Source: Azolla caroliniana (Eukaryota > Plantae > Polypodiophyta). From it: a DNA stretch of 64,000 nt. Positions 1 to 13,200 of this stretch are shown in pieces. Below the pieces are notes generated by a model. The model saw only the letters and a program-made list of their open reading frames with translations. It ran no database searches and was not told the DNA's origin. Within the stretch, counting starts at the first letter, position 1; every line of letters starts with the position of its first letter. The position numbers were made by a program, and so were the translations under genes. The stretch covers positions 1,488,001-1,552,000 of the forward strand of contig JBHGNT010000001.1 of NCBI GenBank assembly GCA_043228905.1, in the 5' to 3' direction.

Positions 1-283
1 ACTAAGCTTTCATGATTGGAAAGGTTTGGTATCGAGTTACACTACCAAGGTGTGAGCACATCACATGAGGTCTTCTTTTGTTATTGGGGTGGTAGGGTGG
101 GGAATCGGGACTAAGCTGGAATGTTAGCCTACTGGAAATTAATTAGGCCCTTGGATTATAGGGTGTCTTAAGTGGGGTTCTCTGCCAAGATGACTGTTGC
201 CTTTGGATTTGAGCTGAATTAAGGAAGCGAGCAAATTCTCCAAAAGTAGGAAAAAACGAGTGAGCCACAATGTCTAAATTAGT

Positions 284-284
<1 letters not shown>

Positions 285-328
<44 letters not shown>

Positions 329-633
329 TTACAACAGCTAGAATGTGAATTTTATTGAAGGCAGGAGGCGGCGGACAGAAATTAGGTCCGCATCCAGTGG
401 GGTGAGGCAGCAACGTCACTCATGGCCATATGGATGGATTCGACGACCCATCTCTCTCTATCTCTCTCTCTTAAATACCTGAACATAATATATATATGTA
501 TGTACATATGTATATACATATTTGTGTTTTTTTGTTTTCTTTTTTACTTTGATGAAGGGCGGACGATTTCGAAGTGTGTGAGCTTCCCTTCCCTTCACCC
601 ACGGTCAAACGTGGTGAAAAAAACCCCGCCTTC

Positions 634-667
<34 letters not shown>

Positions 668-1337
668 GACGTCCCTATTCTCTCTCTCTCTCATGCTTCT
701 GTCTGTCTCTCTGTCAGTCAGTCAGTAACACACACACACACATATATATCCTTCCTTCATTTTTTTTTTGATATATCTTCTTTTCTTTTTACTGTAGTCG
801 TCAAGAAATTCTCATTCCCTCTCTCTCACTATTTCTTTTCTCCGACGACGACGACCATTACTACTATTTCCACATCATACATACATACATACACACACAT
901 ACATATATATGCTATACGTCAACATCGGAGCCCCTTTTTAATTATTTACTTTTCTCCCTTTTCTAGTGTACAACGACAAAACAGCATACACACACCTCTC
1001 TCTCTCTCTCTCTGTGTTGTGTGTATCCACACAAACACACACAGACCTGTCCCACCCCCGGTACCATTTTCTCTCTTTAATCTTCTTCTTCCTTCTTCCT
1101 TCTTCTTCTCCTCTAATTTCCCATCCTCTGTTTGTCTGTCTGTCTGTCTGCTAAGCTCTCTCTCTCTCTCTCTCTCTCTCTTCCTTTGGGAGGGGGGAGG
1201 CTTACAAAAGCTTGATTGTCTCTTCCTCCACTCCACCCTTATCACCTCTCTCTACCCTTCGTCGTTTTCCTCATCCCCTTCCTGGGTCCCCGCCATCGCC
1301 TACACACACACACACACACTCCTTCCCAACCTTCCAA

Positions 1338-1375
<38 letters not shown>
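285..1375. repeat. Cluster of (GA)n/(CT)n/(CA)n microsatellites in the IDD promoter/5' leader
   Basis: Runs at ~285-325, 636-665, 995-1013, 1155-1180, 1302-1318 and 1343-1375. Confidence 0.9.
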
Positions 1376-1380
<5 letters not shown>

Positions 1381-1722
1381 CCCAATTGAGATCTTCGTCT
1401 CCTCTGCCTGCCTGCTAATCCAGGCAGCTGGATCTTTTAGTCTTGTCTTCTCTCCTCCTTCCAAACTAGTACCCGCCTGCCTGCAAGACTCTGATCCTAT
1501 AGGCACTGCCCAAGGCTCCGCACCCCCACCTGATCCACTGATTCTCCCGGCACCAGGATCAATGGATCCCTTTCATCAGAGGCTATCTGCCGCTAATCAC
1601 TAGTGTCTCCCCCCCCCTCCGCCATTACCTTAATTACGATTCCCTTCTTCTCTCTATCTCCTCTGTTGACCGCCTCCATGCCTAATTCCAGCGCCTCCAT
1701 CCTCTTCCTTCCTTAAAGAAGA

Positions 1723-4700
1723 ATGCATGGAGATCGGCAGCTTGACAGCAGCTGCAACTCGCCCGCCATTCTTCGCCATTCCTACTCTGCACCCCCTCTC
1801 CGGATGTTGTTGGACGTGCAATCTAATCTTAATCTCAATCAAGGCGACGCGAAGCAGCTGGTAGACAGTATCAATCAGTATCAGAACGTCCATGGTTACG
1901 AGCCATCTGCGGGAGGAGCACCTAGTACCGATCCACTAGCGGCAGAAGAGCGAGGCTTGTTCAGGACCAAGACTAGCGGTTCTGCACCGGCTGCATCGTC
2001 TGCGGCGACTACAGGTTCGGCCATTATCAAGTCTGATCCGTTAGCAACTGCCGGCTTGGGGGCCTTCGTGACCGATCAGTCGTTATCGGCTCTCACGTCT
2101 ACCATGTCCAACATAACGTCTGCATCAGGCGAGGCAAGCATATCATCGGGGGAGAGGCCAGGAACCAGTAGCGGACACCATCATGCGGCATCCCAGCAGC
2201 AGCAGATGCAGCTCCACCAGTACCCTCCTGCAGGTGCCGCGCTTCACATGAGCTCTCCTAATAACAACAATATGCTGCTTCAGGGCGGCGGCGGCGCCAG
2301 CGCTTCTGCAGGCGTGAGCAATGGCCAGCTCACTGTCGTCGCCAAGAGGAGGCGGAACCTTCCTGGAACCCCAGGTTTTTAACCCATATTAGATTCAATG
2401 CTATTGTACAATTCCTCCATTGATATTTCTATAATGATAATTACTCGCTGAACATCGATTCAGCCCACCCTGATGCTAATTGATCGGCCTGGATCATAGC
2501 ACAGCAAACAAATTTTGTGGGCCACAAAATTCGTAACAATTGAAATTGATTTTGACAATTTGGGACAGATCCGGATGCAGAGGTGATCGCATTATCGCCC
2601 AAGACGTTGATGGCCACGAATCGGTTCGTATGCGAGATCTGCAACAAGGGATTCCAGAGGGACCAGAACCTGCAGCTGCACAGGAGGGGTCACAATCTGC
2701 CATGGAAGCTGAAGCAGAGGACGAACAAGGAGGTGAAGAAGAAGGTGTACATCTGTCCGGAGCCGTCGTGCGTGCATCACGATGCGTCGCGGGCGCTGGG
2801 GGACCTCACAGGCATCAAGAAGCATTTCTGCAGGAAGCATGGCGAGAAGAAATGGAAGTGTGAGAAGTGCTCCAAGCGCTACGCGGTGCAGTCCGATTGG
2901 AAGGCTCACTCCAAGACCTGCGGAACTCGCGAGTATCGCTGTGACTGCGGCACACTCTTCTCCAGGTATACAATCATCCCTATCCTACTTCATCACTTCT
3001 TCTGCTTCTGCTTCTTCTTCTTCATGTCTCTCATCCAGTTATGTCTGTGCAGGAGAGACAGCTTCATCACACATCGAGCCTTCTGCGATGCCCTGGCGGA
3101 GGAGAGTGCGAGAGTGAACACGGCGGGGGGGCATATGATGATGAACAGTAACCTGCCGTCTGCGATGATGAGCCAAGGCCATGGCGGTGGCCCCCCTGGG
3201 CTGGGCTGCAACGTCGTCATGATGGGATCTGGTTCCAATAGGCCGCCTGCATCTTCGCCATCGCCTGCACTCAGAGGAGGAGGAGGAGGAGGACCAGGAC
3301 TGGGAGCTGCAGGAGCGCCACCACAACAACAACAAGCGCCGCCTCGGCTAGGCTCAGGTATAAGCGGCGTGGCTGCTGCTTCTCATCTCATGGGCAATAA
3401 TCTGATGGACCCACACCTCCTCGCAGCTACAAGGACCACGACCACGCCGCTCGGCTCCAATGCCCTGCCTCATGATCAGCTGCACCCGGACAATCTTCAC
3501 GGCGGCGGAAAGAATCATGAGCAGCATCAGCTGCTTGGCGGAGGAGGGACATCCGGCACCACCAACAGCAGAGCACAACAACCGCCATCCAACAGGTTGT
3601 CCCTGTGGCCGCCCGCCTCCAATGTGGATTTCCCGTTCATGGGGAGCGAAACTCAGGTGAGCATGGATTCGTTGGCCGCTCTCAACAGGGGCGGCCCTCC
3701 CCATAGCTCCGCCATGGGGAGCCACAATATGGTGCAGTTCGACCACAACCTTTACGAGCCCAAACCCTTGAGCTCCCATTACAACAGCAACATGCTGCAG
3801 ATGTCTTCCTCCGCCGCCGCCACTAACCTGCCCGGTTTCGTGTCGGACATGCCCGGCTTCCCTGGCGCCACGCTGGGCGGTCTGTCATCCGATCAATTCG
3901 CGGGCCTGTCGAGCTTCGCAAATCGCCAGCTGAACAGCCACCTCGCTGCGGGCATGGGCGGCAGCGTGCCGCAGGGAATGAATCAGGCGGCCTCCTCTCT
4001 CTTCAACCTGCAGCCATCCTCCGGGAATTCCTCAGCTCAGATGTCCGCTACGGCGCTGCTGCAGAAGGCCGCGCAGATGGGAGCCTCCGCCAGCAGCGAC
4101 AACTCCAGCTTCTTGAAAGGCCTGGCAGGCCCTGATTACAACAACAGTAGCATGCTCGCCTCCTCTGCGTCCATATGGGGCGGCGGCGGCAGCTCATCGA
4201 ACGCGCAGCATCATCAGAGGCAGGGCGGCAATCATCTGAATGTGAATAATATGTTGGGGCGATCGGCTGCTGCTGCTGCAGGCGATCATCACCACTTGAT
4301 GCAGCCGCCTGCTGCCATGGGTAATCACGTGGCCGACCATTTAAGCCATAGCTCGCTTCATCTGCTGCAGCAGCAGCAACAGCAAAGATCCAGCGGGGGT
4401 CCCATGAATTCTGCATCGCCATATAGCTTCAGCGATCATGAAGTGAGTGGGAATGCGATTCGAGCAGCCGGAAATAACGAGTATGGCACCAAGAACGCTG
4501 GCATGGAGCATGGTATCAATAGCTCTGCACCAAGCAGTAGCAATCATCATCATCATCATCATCATCATAGTAATAATATTAATATTAATCATCGTCATCA
4601 GCAGCAGGAGGAGGATCAGATGGTGATGCTGTCTCCCAATTCTGGCTACAATGTGAATATGCAGGGGGGCGGGAACAATCTGAATCGCATGTTCAACGTG

Positions 4701-5207
4701 GAACCTAACCAGCAGAACATGGCCATGAATAATGGAGGGGGGCGTACGCTGAACCCCACCACGGCCATGAATTCAGGCCCCATGATGTCCACCCCCACCA
4801 CTCATAGCGGCGGCGGCGGCGGCGGCCAAACCATGAAGTTCATGAATGGGAATCTGCAGGTGCAGCAGGCCGGGAAAGTGCCCAAAAGCGAGGATGGAGT
4901 GACGAGAGACTTCTTAGGTGTGCAGTTGGTCAGGCCAGGGATGATTCAGCAGCAGCAGCAGCAGATTATGCACTCCCATCAAAATCAAAGTCAAAATCAA
5001 AATCAAAACCAGAATCAAAATCATCTGCACCAACAGCTATATTCATCCACATCTCATCATTCTCCTCATCATTTCTCCGCTCTGTACAGCAACAGCAGCT
5101 CTAATGACCATTTGCATGGATCAAATGCCGGCGGTGCACCTCATCCCCACATTCCATCGGCCACGGCTTCTTATGTAGCAGACGATCATCGGAGGCAACA
5201 ACAGTAG
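1723..5207 (+). CDS. IDD: INDETERMINATE-DOMAIN (IDD/BIRD) C2H2 zinc-finger transcription factor; exons 1723-2374, 2569-2965, 3053-5207
   Basis: [10 protein letters not shown]|[48 protein letters not shown]...[20 protein letters not shown] domain; C-terminal [11 protein letters not shown] and TRDFLG motifs; GT-AG introns at the conserved IDD positions. Family-level name only; start codon inferred. Confidence 0.95.
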
Positions 5208-6150
5208 AGCAATTTACCACATGCAGCATCCATCCCCCTGGTCTTGTCGTTGTTGCTGGGTATATGATGCAGCTCAATGTATTAAAAATCTCCCCATATA
5301 AATTATCAAAGCGGAGGCATCTCCAAGATTTTAAGTACTCTTTATCATTATATATTTTATTTATTTATCTAATAATCTAGTGGTATAATCGTCATATCGA
5401 GCTGACAATTATGATCGAGCTTTCATCTGCGGCGAGGATTTGGGTTGTTTCTCTTTCTCTCTCCATCTCTATCTCATTTTATGAAGAAATTCTGAGTATA
5501 TATACACACTATTCCGAATACAAGATCGACTTCTTTGTTCTTCAATCATCATCTGCCAGGTCTGGTAAATTATTATTTGTGTATATTCACTTTAGCAAAG
5601 CTGTAACAGAAACAATTCTCCTGAGAAACAAATCGATCTTGCGAGAGTTCAATAGTTACTTAATCTTTCTGGTGGGTGGTGGGGAGGTTAAAAGGATTAG
5701 TTAATTAATGAATGAAGTCTTGCTGCTATTAGAAAACGCAAATCCATCTGTTTTATCTATCCTAATTCGGTGGTGTCAATGAATAACTATGAGAACCCTG
5801 TTTGAATCCTGGTCTTACCTCAGATATGCCTATATATGTATCTGGCTTATCTATCTATCATTCTGTCTTTTGCTCCTTTAAAGGTTCATATAATCGTAGA
5901 TATATTTTAAACATTCAGCAACCAAGCGGGACTCGAATAATTGGCAGTGTATTTGGTCAATCGAAAGCTCAGAATTTTGCTTTCATGTGTTGACAAATAA
6001 GAAGTGTTCGCTAATTTGCATTCATATTTAGGCCCACTCTATTTACATGTATATACATATATGCCATGTAGCGACCGAGTAGGCGAAAAAGAAAATGAAT
6101 GGGTCGTATGAAATGGCAATAATTCTTCTAAGAAAAGGTAGTAGTAGTAG

Positions 6151-6191
<41 letters not shown>

Positions 6192-9100
6192 ATATATGTA
6201 AACCCTAAAGTTAGTAATAGATATATTTAATAATAGAGATAAAGGATATAAAAGGAGATACACTCCAGTTGTATCATATATGTACATATACACGCTTATA
6301 TAAATATAACAAGAATGGGTCATTGGTAATGTATGTCAGGAAGAAGGACCCCACGAGCATGAAGGACTTATAATAAGGGGGGATGGCCCCCCCCCCCCCC
6401 CATCAAACACATGGTCCACTCCAACAAGGAAAAACTAATAAGCTCTTTAATTGTTGTTCATTCTATCTGGTTCTGGGTTTTTACAAACATTTCTTTTTGC
6501 CTTTGTATAAGGATGTTTAACTCGCACAAAATTATTCTTGGATTCGTGTTTCGTGGAAAAGTTTGTGATTCTCCGCATACAAAGGTCTCTAATCGAGCGA
6601 AACTTTAGTTCCAACATGTCTTGCTCCCTCCCGAGTGTTTAGGGTTCTAGAACCAAATGAGATGCATAAGATGTCGCGTCATACTACCTTGAATGTTGCA
6701 ACTTATTCTATTGCATTCAATATCGAATTGATTGCTTGCATACTGGAACTCTTTCTCTATTATGATTGCCATGTGACGAAGTCGCCTTCAATAGTAAACT
6801 AGAAGTGAATCGTAATTAAAATCAATTAGATAATCCAACCAAGGAAGTGTGACTGGTCTCTAACTAAGATTGAGGGCTTTTATAACTGATACCACAAATA
6901 TATCAACTAATTAGACATTTGTTTAAGCTAACTTTCAAATTGACATCCATAGGATTGTGCATGGTTTGCGAAAGAAAGTTGATGGCAAAGCATAAAATAT
7001 TCAACCTTTTGCTAGATCTAATAGTTGAGTTTCCAAATAAGTTGCTTAAAATAACATTTTTTTCATTTATCATTTCATGATTGACAATGTGCCCATAACG
7101 TTAATTACCCAAAATATCTTTTTTAATCTAGTGGCCTCAAACGTCTCAAGAATGATGGGTCTAGGGGTTTTGAGATGTTGAATTGTACTTTACAAGCGTT
7201 CCTTCCAATTCCTTAAACATGGTTAAGCATAGAACAATTTAGGATGTCAAATATATGGATAACATTGTCCATCTTGCCAATGGTGCTTGTGATACATTGT
7301 TAGCAATGTTATCTATCAAACGCAAGACTCAATTTTCTCATAATGATTCTAAACTACATGATCATTATGGTACAAACATTGGAATTGACAAAATAACCTC
7401 CATCGTTGAGTCATAAAGACCAACAATCCCTAAACTACCTTCTTTGATGTGGTTAGTGTAGATGTAACAAGTTTCTTTTATCTTCGGTGTTGAGAATGAC
7501 CCATATCGCATAAAACCAAAGGGAATATTTGTTTGAATTAATGTTGCTTATATTGCATCACCACCTCCATACAAATGTTGTGTGAGTTTTTGGTTATTTT
7601 GCATCAAATGAGCAAAGGCTCAATGTTTTGCGTGATATCATAGAGAGAATTCAAAAATTGTGTAATGACGAGCAACAGTGTGCGATACTTAGTCAGCACA
7701 CGCCAAAACACATTGGTAGAGCTAAGAGGATACACTACATAAAGAGAGGTTGCCCATTTGATACAAGAGCTATTCTCACTGTAAGTATTAACATACTCCA
7801 AAGCTAGGAGTTTTCACTAGAGGAGAAAATTGAGACTTAACAAGCTTTCAAATACCACTCTCTTAATGTTTATATTGAGGTTCTAACACATCAAGCAATT
7901 GCTTTTGATTAGGTCTAGTGTTCCATACACACAAATGGTTAAAAAGCTTAAGTTTAAAACAACGAGAGGGTTTCATGTCTTTGAAGAGACTCTCACTCTC
8001 GGAGTGCAATAACATAAACAATTAGTGAGCGAGAAGGAATGCCAATTGCAATAGCAAGTGGGTTGATATAGTAGCTAAGGCACGAGATTGAACAATTGTC
8101 AAAGATGAACAATTACCAATAAGTTTGGGTAGACAAAGCTCATGACAATGATGATGTTAAGTTAGTATACACAACCAACATGTCAATTGTGGTGGACTCT
8201 TTGATTGCTCCCCAGGCATCTCAAATGGTATTTGAATAGGCAGAACATATCTCTCTTAATGTTGTGACCCTGAAAAAAGGCCAAAAAGGAACACAAATTG
8301 GTCCATTGGGTCATTGTCGATTTTGGTTCAAGTTATAGAACTTGACAAGAAATTACTAACATGGGTGGCTCTCCTTCAAGAACCAACCCAAAAAGCTTAA
8401 CTTGTTGAATGTGGAGAAATGACCTAGTATGAACAAATTGAATAGACTCACTATTTGGCACTCTAGCCATAGACAAAATTCTACTTTTGAACTATTTGAA
8501 CCACTTGTGTTGAACCACCAAGAAATTAATTCACCCCAAATGCTTAAAAATCAAGCAATATGGTCTTAGAAAATCTCTTAATCCCAACACTTCATGTATG
8601 AGTATGCAATATCGTCTTCAAGTTTTATTCCAACGGGGAATTACAAGTGGTGGGTTGATTATGCAATGTGCAGGATGGTTCACGTGCACTATCCCCTAAG
8701 TGTAAATTGGCACTTGAACTTCACTTTTTAGTACATCATTGTTGGACATGCAACATATAGTAGTAATGCTTGCATTTCCCCCTGATGGCTTGGTATCCTC
8801 CGAGTCTTAATGAATTTGATGTGAGAATATGTGATGTCAATAGTATTGGAAAAACAATGGAGCATTTTGAAAAATGGTTTGATGTTCTAATTGTTTTTTT
8901 CAAAACAAATTATCCTTCCATTAATTATAAAGAAAGGTCATAACGGTTACATCATACAAAGTATTTTCTCCCAAACCTGTCTTGTGTAGACAACGGTTGA
9001 GGAAACAAATCTATGTACTCCAACATAGAGTAAACAACCCAACAATTACAATTTATTCCCTAGATACATTGCAAGGTATTCATATCCATAGGCAACAACA

Positions 9101-9239
9101 AAAGTAGCTCTATTCAGAAACAAACCCTCTCAGGTCATAGTTATGAGCCATTCAATACTTCTTCAACCTGTATATGTCGGCTTTGAAGGTGATCAACTAC
9201 GTTCTTTGGTTTTTCAAGAGAGCCATTTTCCACATTTGT

Positions 9240-9599
9240 GGATGTAAAGTCAACAACTATGCTTCCTCTTTCCCCATTAACCATCTTGCCGGATTACCAC
9301 CAAATTCCCGTACATACAACAACATATTTAGTCAAGTTTCCTCCTCTCCTCATGGGCTTATTCTTCGACCCCCACACCATCATCACTCGTCCTTATCAGA
9401 AAACATAGAAATTTATTCGTTAAATCCTCATCAACAATCTCGCCAAATACACCAAATTCTTGCACATAAACAATAAAATCTGTCTAAATTCCATATCTCC
9501 TCATGAGAATGTGCTTCGACCTCCACACCATCACCATCCATCGTTATCCAAAACATATATTCTACGTCATTAAGTCCAGATCATCCATATTGCCGAAAA
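9240..9599. repeat. Left part of a degenerate ~140-150 bp tandem repeat split by the large DNA transposon
   Basis: Core CCCCACACCATCATCACTCRTCCTTATCAAAAACAT at ~9369 and ~9520; the same unit resumes right after the right TIR. Confidence 0.7.
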
Positions 9600-9716
9600 G
9601 CATGCGAGTGGAAACACTATTATAGCTAATTAGCTACTAAAATGGCCACAACTAATTAGCTATTTGTTTAGCTAGTTTTTTGTGGGAAAATCATAAGGAT
9701 GGTTTACGAAATTTTA

Positions 9717-10214
9717 TGTTTTATTAGTTAAATACATGTCATTTAATTTATGAGAATACTCAAATATTTGAACTTTGGTTTCTAACGTAGTGGAACATGG
9801 GGAATAGTGCCATCATCTAAGGTCGACTTGAATGTCATCAAATTCTTGATAATCCTGAGTTCGAGTTCGAACTCCAAACAAATGTTTTATTAGTTAAATA
9901 CATGTCATTTAATTTATGAGAATACTCAAATATTTGAACTTTGGTTTCTGACATAGTGGAACATGGGGAATAGTGCCATCATCTAAGGTCGACTTGAATG
10001 TCATCAAATTCTTGATAATCCTGAGTTCGAGTTCAAACTCCAAACAAATGTTTTATTAGTTAAATACATGTCATTTAATTTATGAGAATACTCAAATATT
10101 TGAACTTTGGTTTCTGACATAGTGGAACATGGGGAATAGTGCCATCATCTAAGGTCGACTTGAATGTCATCAAATTCTTGATAATCCTGAGTTCGAGTTC
10201 AAACTCCAAACAAA
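9717..10214. repeat. Near-perfect tandem triplication of a 166-bp unit ending at the putative cargo-gene ATG
   Basis: Units start at 9717, 9883 and 10049 (TGTTTTATTAGTTAAATACATG...CTCCAAACAAA). Confidence 0.95.
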
Positions 10215-13200
10215 TGGAGTACTCTGAGCATGAACGCAGACGAAGCCCCTGCAACAGCACAAAAACTCTGAGATCGACATTGCACCTTGAGAGTTCCAAC
10301 ACACGAGCAAGTCGATCCTCGTCCAGGTATGTATCAGTTACTGTTTGATAACTGTAAACATTTTTAAAAATCTTTTTTTTTCCCTTTCTGATAATTGTCT
10401 GTAACTTTGGTGCTTGTTCAACTTTCCCAAAAATCGAATAGGGCGAAGTCGTTGGAGCCCCAAACAAGGATGTCTCGAAGATCGGGGTGTAGCAGTAGGT
10501 GTGTTTTTTATTGACAAAATTTCGTAGTACGGTTGATTTCTGCCTTTAGTGATGATTAGGGTTTCTGATTACAAATTTCTGATTATTGTCACAATGTGTT
10601 GTAATTTTGCACCAATTCTCATGACAAATTCTGATTAAGGTTTTTGATTTTTTAAGTGGTTGATTTTTGACACATGTTGAAATGGACAGATTACAAATTT
10701 CAGATTACTGTCTCTCAGTGTTGTAATTTTGCACCAAATTCACATTATAAATTCTATTTTTTGCACCAATTCTGATTACTGATTTTCTATTTCATGTGGC
10801 TCGTTCCTCCCTATCCTAGAGTGTTGAACTTCGCAAAATTTTGCGAGACAAAGGAGGACTTTCACAACATATATGGTCTGTCACTCGAGGGTATTGACCA
10901 TGTTGTTCTAACAGATAGATAGATTAGTGATGTAGACTGGATGTCAGTATATAAAGTGCCTATAGTGAAAGGAAGGGTCAAGCTGAAGCATGTACGACCG
11001 GACTTGTATGACGACTGCATGAGATTGCACCAAAAAGTACATCAAGAGATCCCGGGGTCGTGAAGATTTCCGGCTACGGTGAGAAAACCGGGAGGGACAA
11101 ATAAAATGGGGATGTGCAACATTGCACATGCACTTGTAAATTTGTGTAATAAGAATAAGTAAACAAATGTAATGGGAAGGGTAATAATTTAAGGTGCTAA
11201 AGGTGCACCACGAAGTTTGTAGAGGCATAAATGTGATGTGCACTTTGTAGAGTAGAATGAGTAGTGGGCATTGAGAGTGAACGTGATAGGAGAGATAGAG
11301 TTAAGCCCCACGGATTTAAGATCAAGGGAGATATTCCCCATTAAAGGAAAGGGGATTTGACTCCCTCTTGTAATGTGCTCACCCCTTAATACTATAAAAG
11401 GGAGTGAGGGGTCACTTGTGAAGGAGTTGCCTATTTTTTAGTGTGAAAGGTATACCACATAGTTCTAGGGTTCTTCTTCTTCCCATTTCAGTTTAGGGTT
11501 AGGGTTTCCTTATTCATCTTCTTTACTTTACTTATCCGGTTAGGGTTTCTTGTAGTCATTGGATTTTGGCCTATGCCGCCATGGTTGTATTCGTTTGTGT
11601 TTTCTTAATATAACTTGTTGAGTATTTTGCCTCCATCCATCTCTTGTTCAATCTTCATGTCATATTCATTCTCCTCTCCTCTTGAGCTAAGCTTCCGTTT
11701 CGTGTCTTATTCCTTCTCCTCAACTCCCTAGTTCAAGACCCCTGCGGTCCCGCCTCGGATCCTACACGCGCTCACGGAATATCACGACATATTTGGTGAA
11801 CCTGACATGAAAAGGCGGCAAGGGAGGACGGAGATGGAAGATGAAGACTTCGACTTTGTGGAGATGATGGCGAAGATTGTGATGGATGCCCGTCGGAAGA
11901 AGGAGAGGCAAGATGCGGCTCAACAAGCCGTCGAGAGGGTGGTCAATCGAGTCGGCCGATTCAACGGGGACGATGTCCCGAGGTTCTTGGAAGCGTACAA
12001 TGCCGACTGAGATGACGAAGAGGGGCATGGACGAAGCGATGCAGCTAGAATATTTTCGTCGAGTGGCGGTCGTATCAGTGCACAAAGAGGTCAAGGAGCT
12101 TCAAGAAGCCCACGAGTCGTGGGAGTCCTTTGAGGGAGCTCTATTGGAGGCATACAGATACGCAAAACCGGAGTGGGTATGTCAGCAACCTGATGGGGAG
12201 CGGTCGGCAACAACATGGCCCGCCGGAAGAGAGCTCGATGCACGATCAACCGGAGGAGTACGACCTAGAGGCGTTGGTATGGGAGGCGTGCGAGAGTCTG
12301 AAGGCGAAGTTCGAAGCCGAAGAAGGTCTTATTATGGAGTCGGGCCGGAGATGATCAGAGGATGTGGAGGAAGAAGCCTCCCTATGCGTGGACGATGGGG
12401 CCTATGCGGAGACCGGAAGAGCGTGCAACGACGACGACGTGGGAGAGGGTGCGAAGCAAGCGACCCTCTCGTCTTGCGGAAAAGGGACGGCCATGGATGA
12501 GGCCGGTAACTACGAAGCGGGGAACGCCACTTCAAGAGTGGGCGGAGGATTCGGGACACGGTGGCCCGAAACATTAAGCGGGGAGGAGACGAGCGGTGGT
12601 GTCGGGACCTTACCCACACCAATTATAGAAACTCTGACGTCCTGCCTGAGAGCCGGTGTGAGACCTAGAGTGAGGAACGGTGGCGACGACAATGCGAGCA
12701 ACCAAGACAATGGCAAGAAAAACGAGGAAGAGGAGGCGGCAAGCGTAATCAAGGCTTCCGCGATCGGAGACGGGGTAGCCACGAACAACGACGTCTGGAT
12801 GGAGGTGGCTACGGACATAACGAGCGGCGGTGTCGGGATCTTACCCGCACTAGTTCTATAGACTCTGACATCCGGCCCGAGAGCCGGTCTGAGACCTAGA
12901 GTGATGGACGGTGGCGGCGGCAAGGTGGGTGACCGAAACAAAGAGGAAGATGTGAGGCCCGAAACGGGCATATACGAAAGGACCGAAGGGGAGGCCGAGA
13001 GCGGCAACAAGGAGAGAGTCGGGAACCGACCCGACCGGAAGGCGAACCGGGAAAAGAATGAAGCGGGGGCCGGTCACAACATATATGGTCTGTCGCTTGA
13101 GGGTATTGACCCTGCTGTTCTAATAGATAGATTGATTAGTGATGTAGATTGGATGTCAGTATATAAAGTGCCTATAGTGAAATGCAAGGTCAAGCTCAAG

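Noticed and set aside
422-1603. 393-aa ORF upstream of IDD
   Set aside because: Translation is dominated by microsatellite runs (SLSLSL, THTHT, RERERE) with no domain; it is pyrimidine-rich leader DNA that lacks stops by composition.
6540-9230. Possible decayed transposon or gene remnants downstream of IDD
   Set aside because: Faintly coding-like but no motif, terminus or TSD I can support.
9600-9605. GCATGC as a 6-bp TSD with GAG termini
   Set aside because: It would leave only an 11-bp TIR and put AAAGCATGCTTT into the host repeat, which the other units lack; not fully excluded without more copies.
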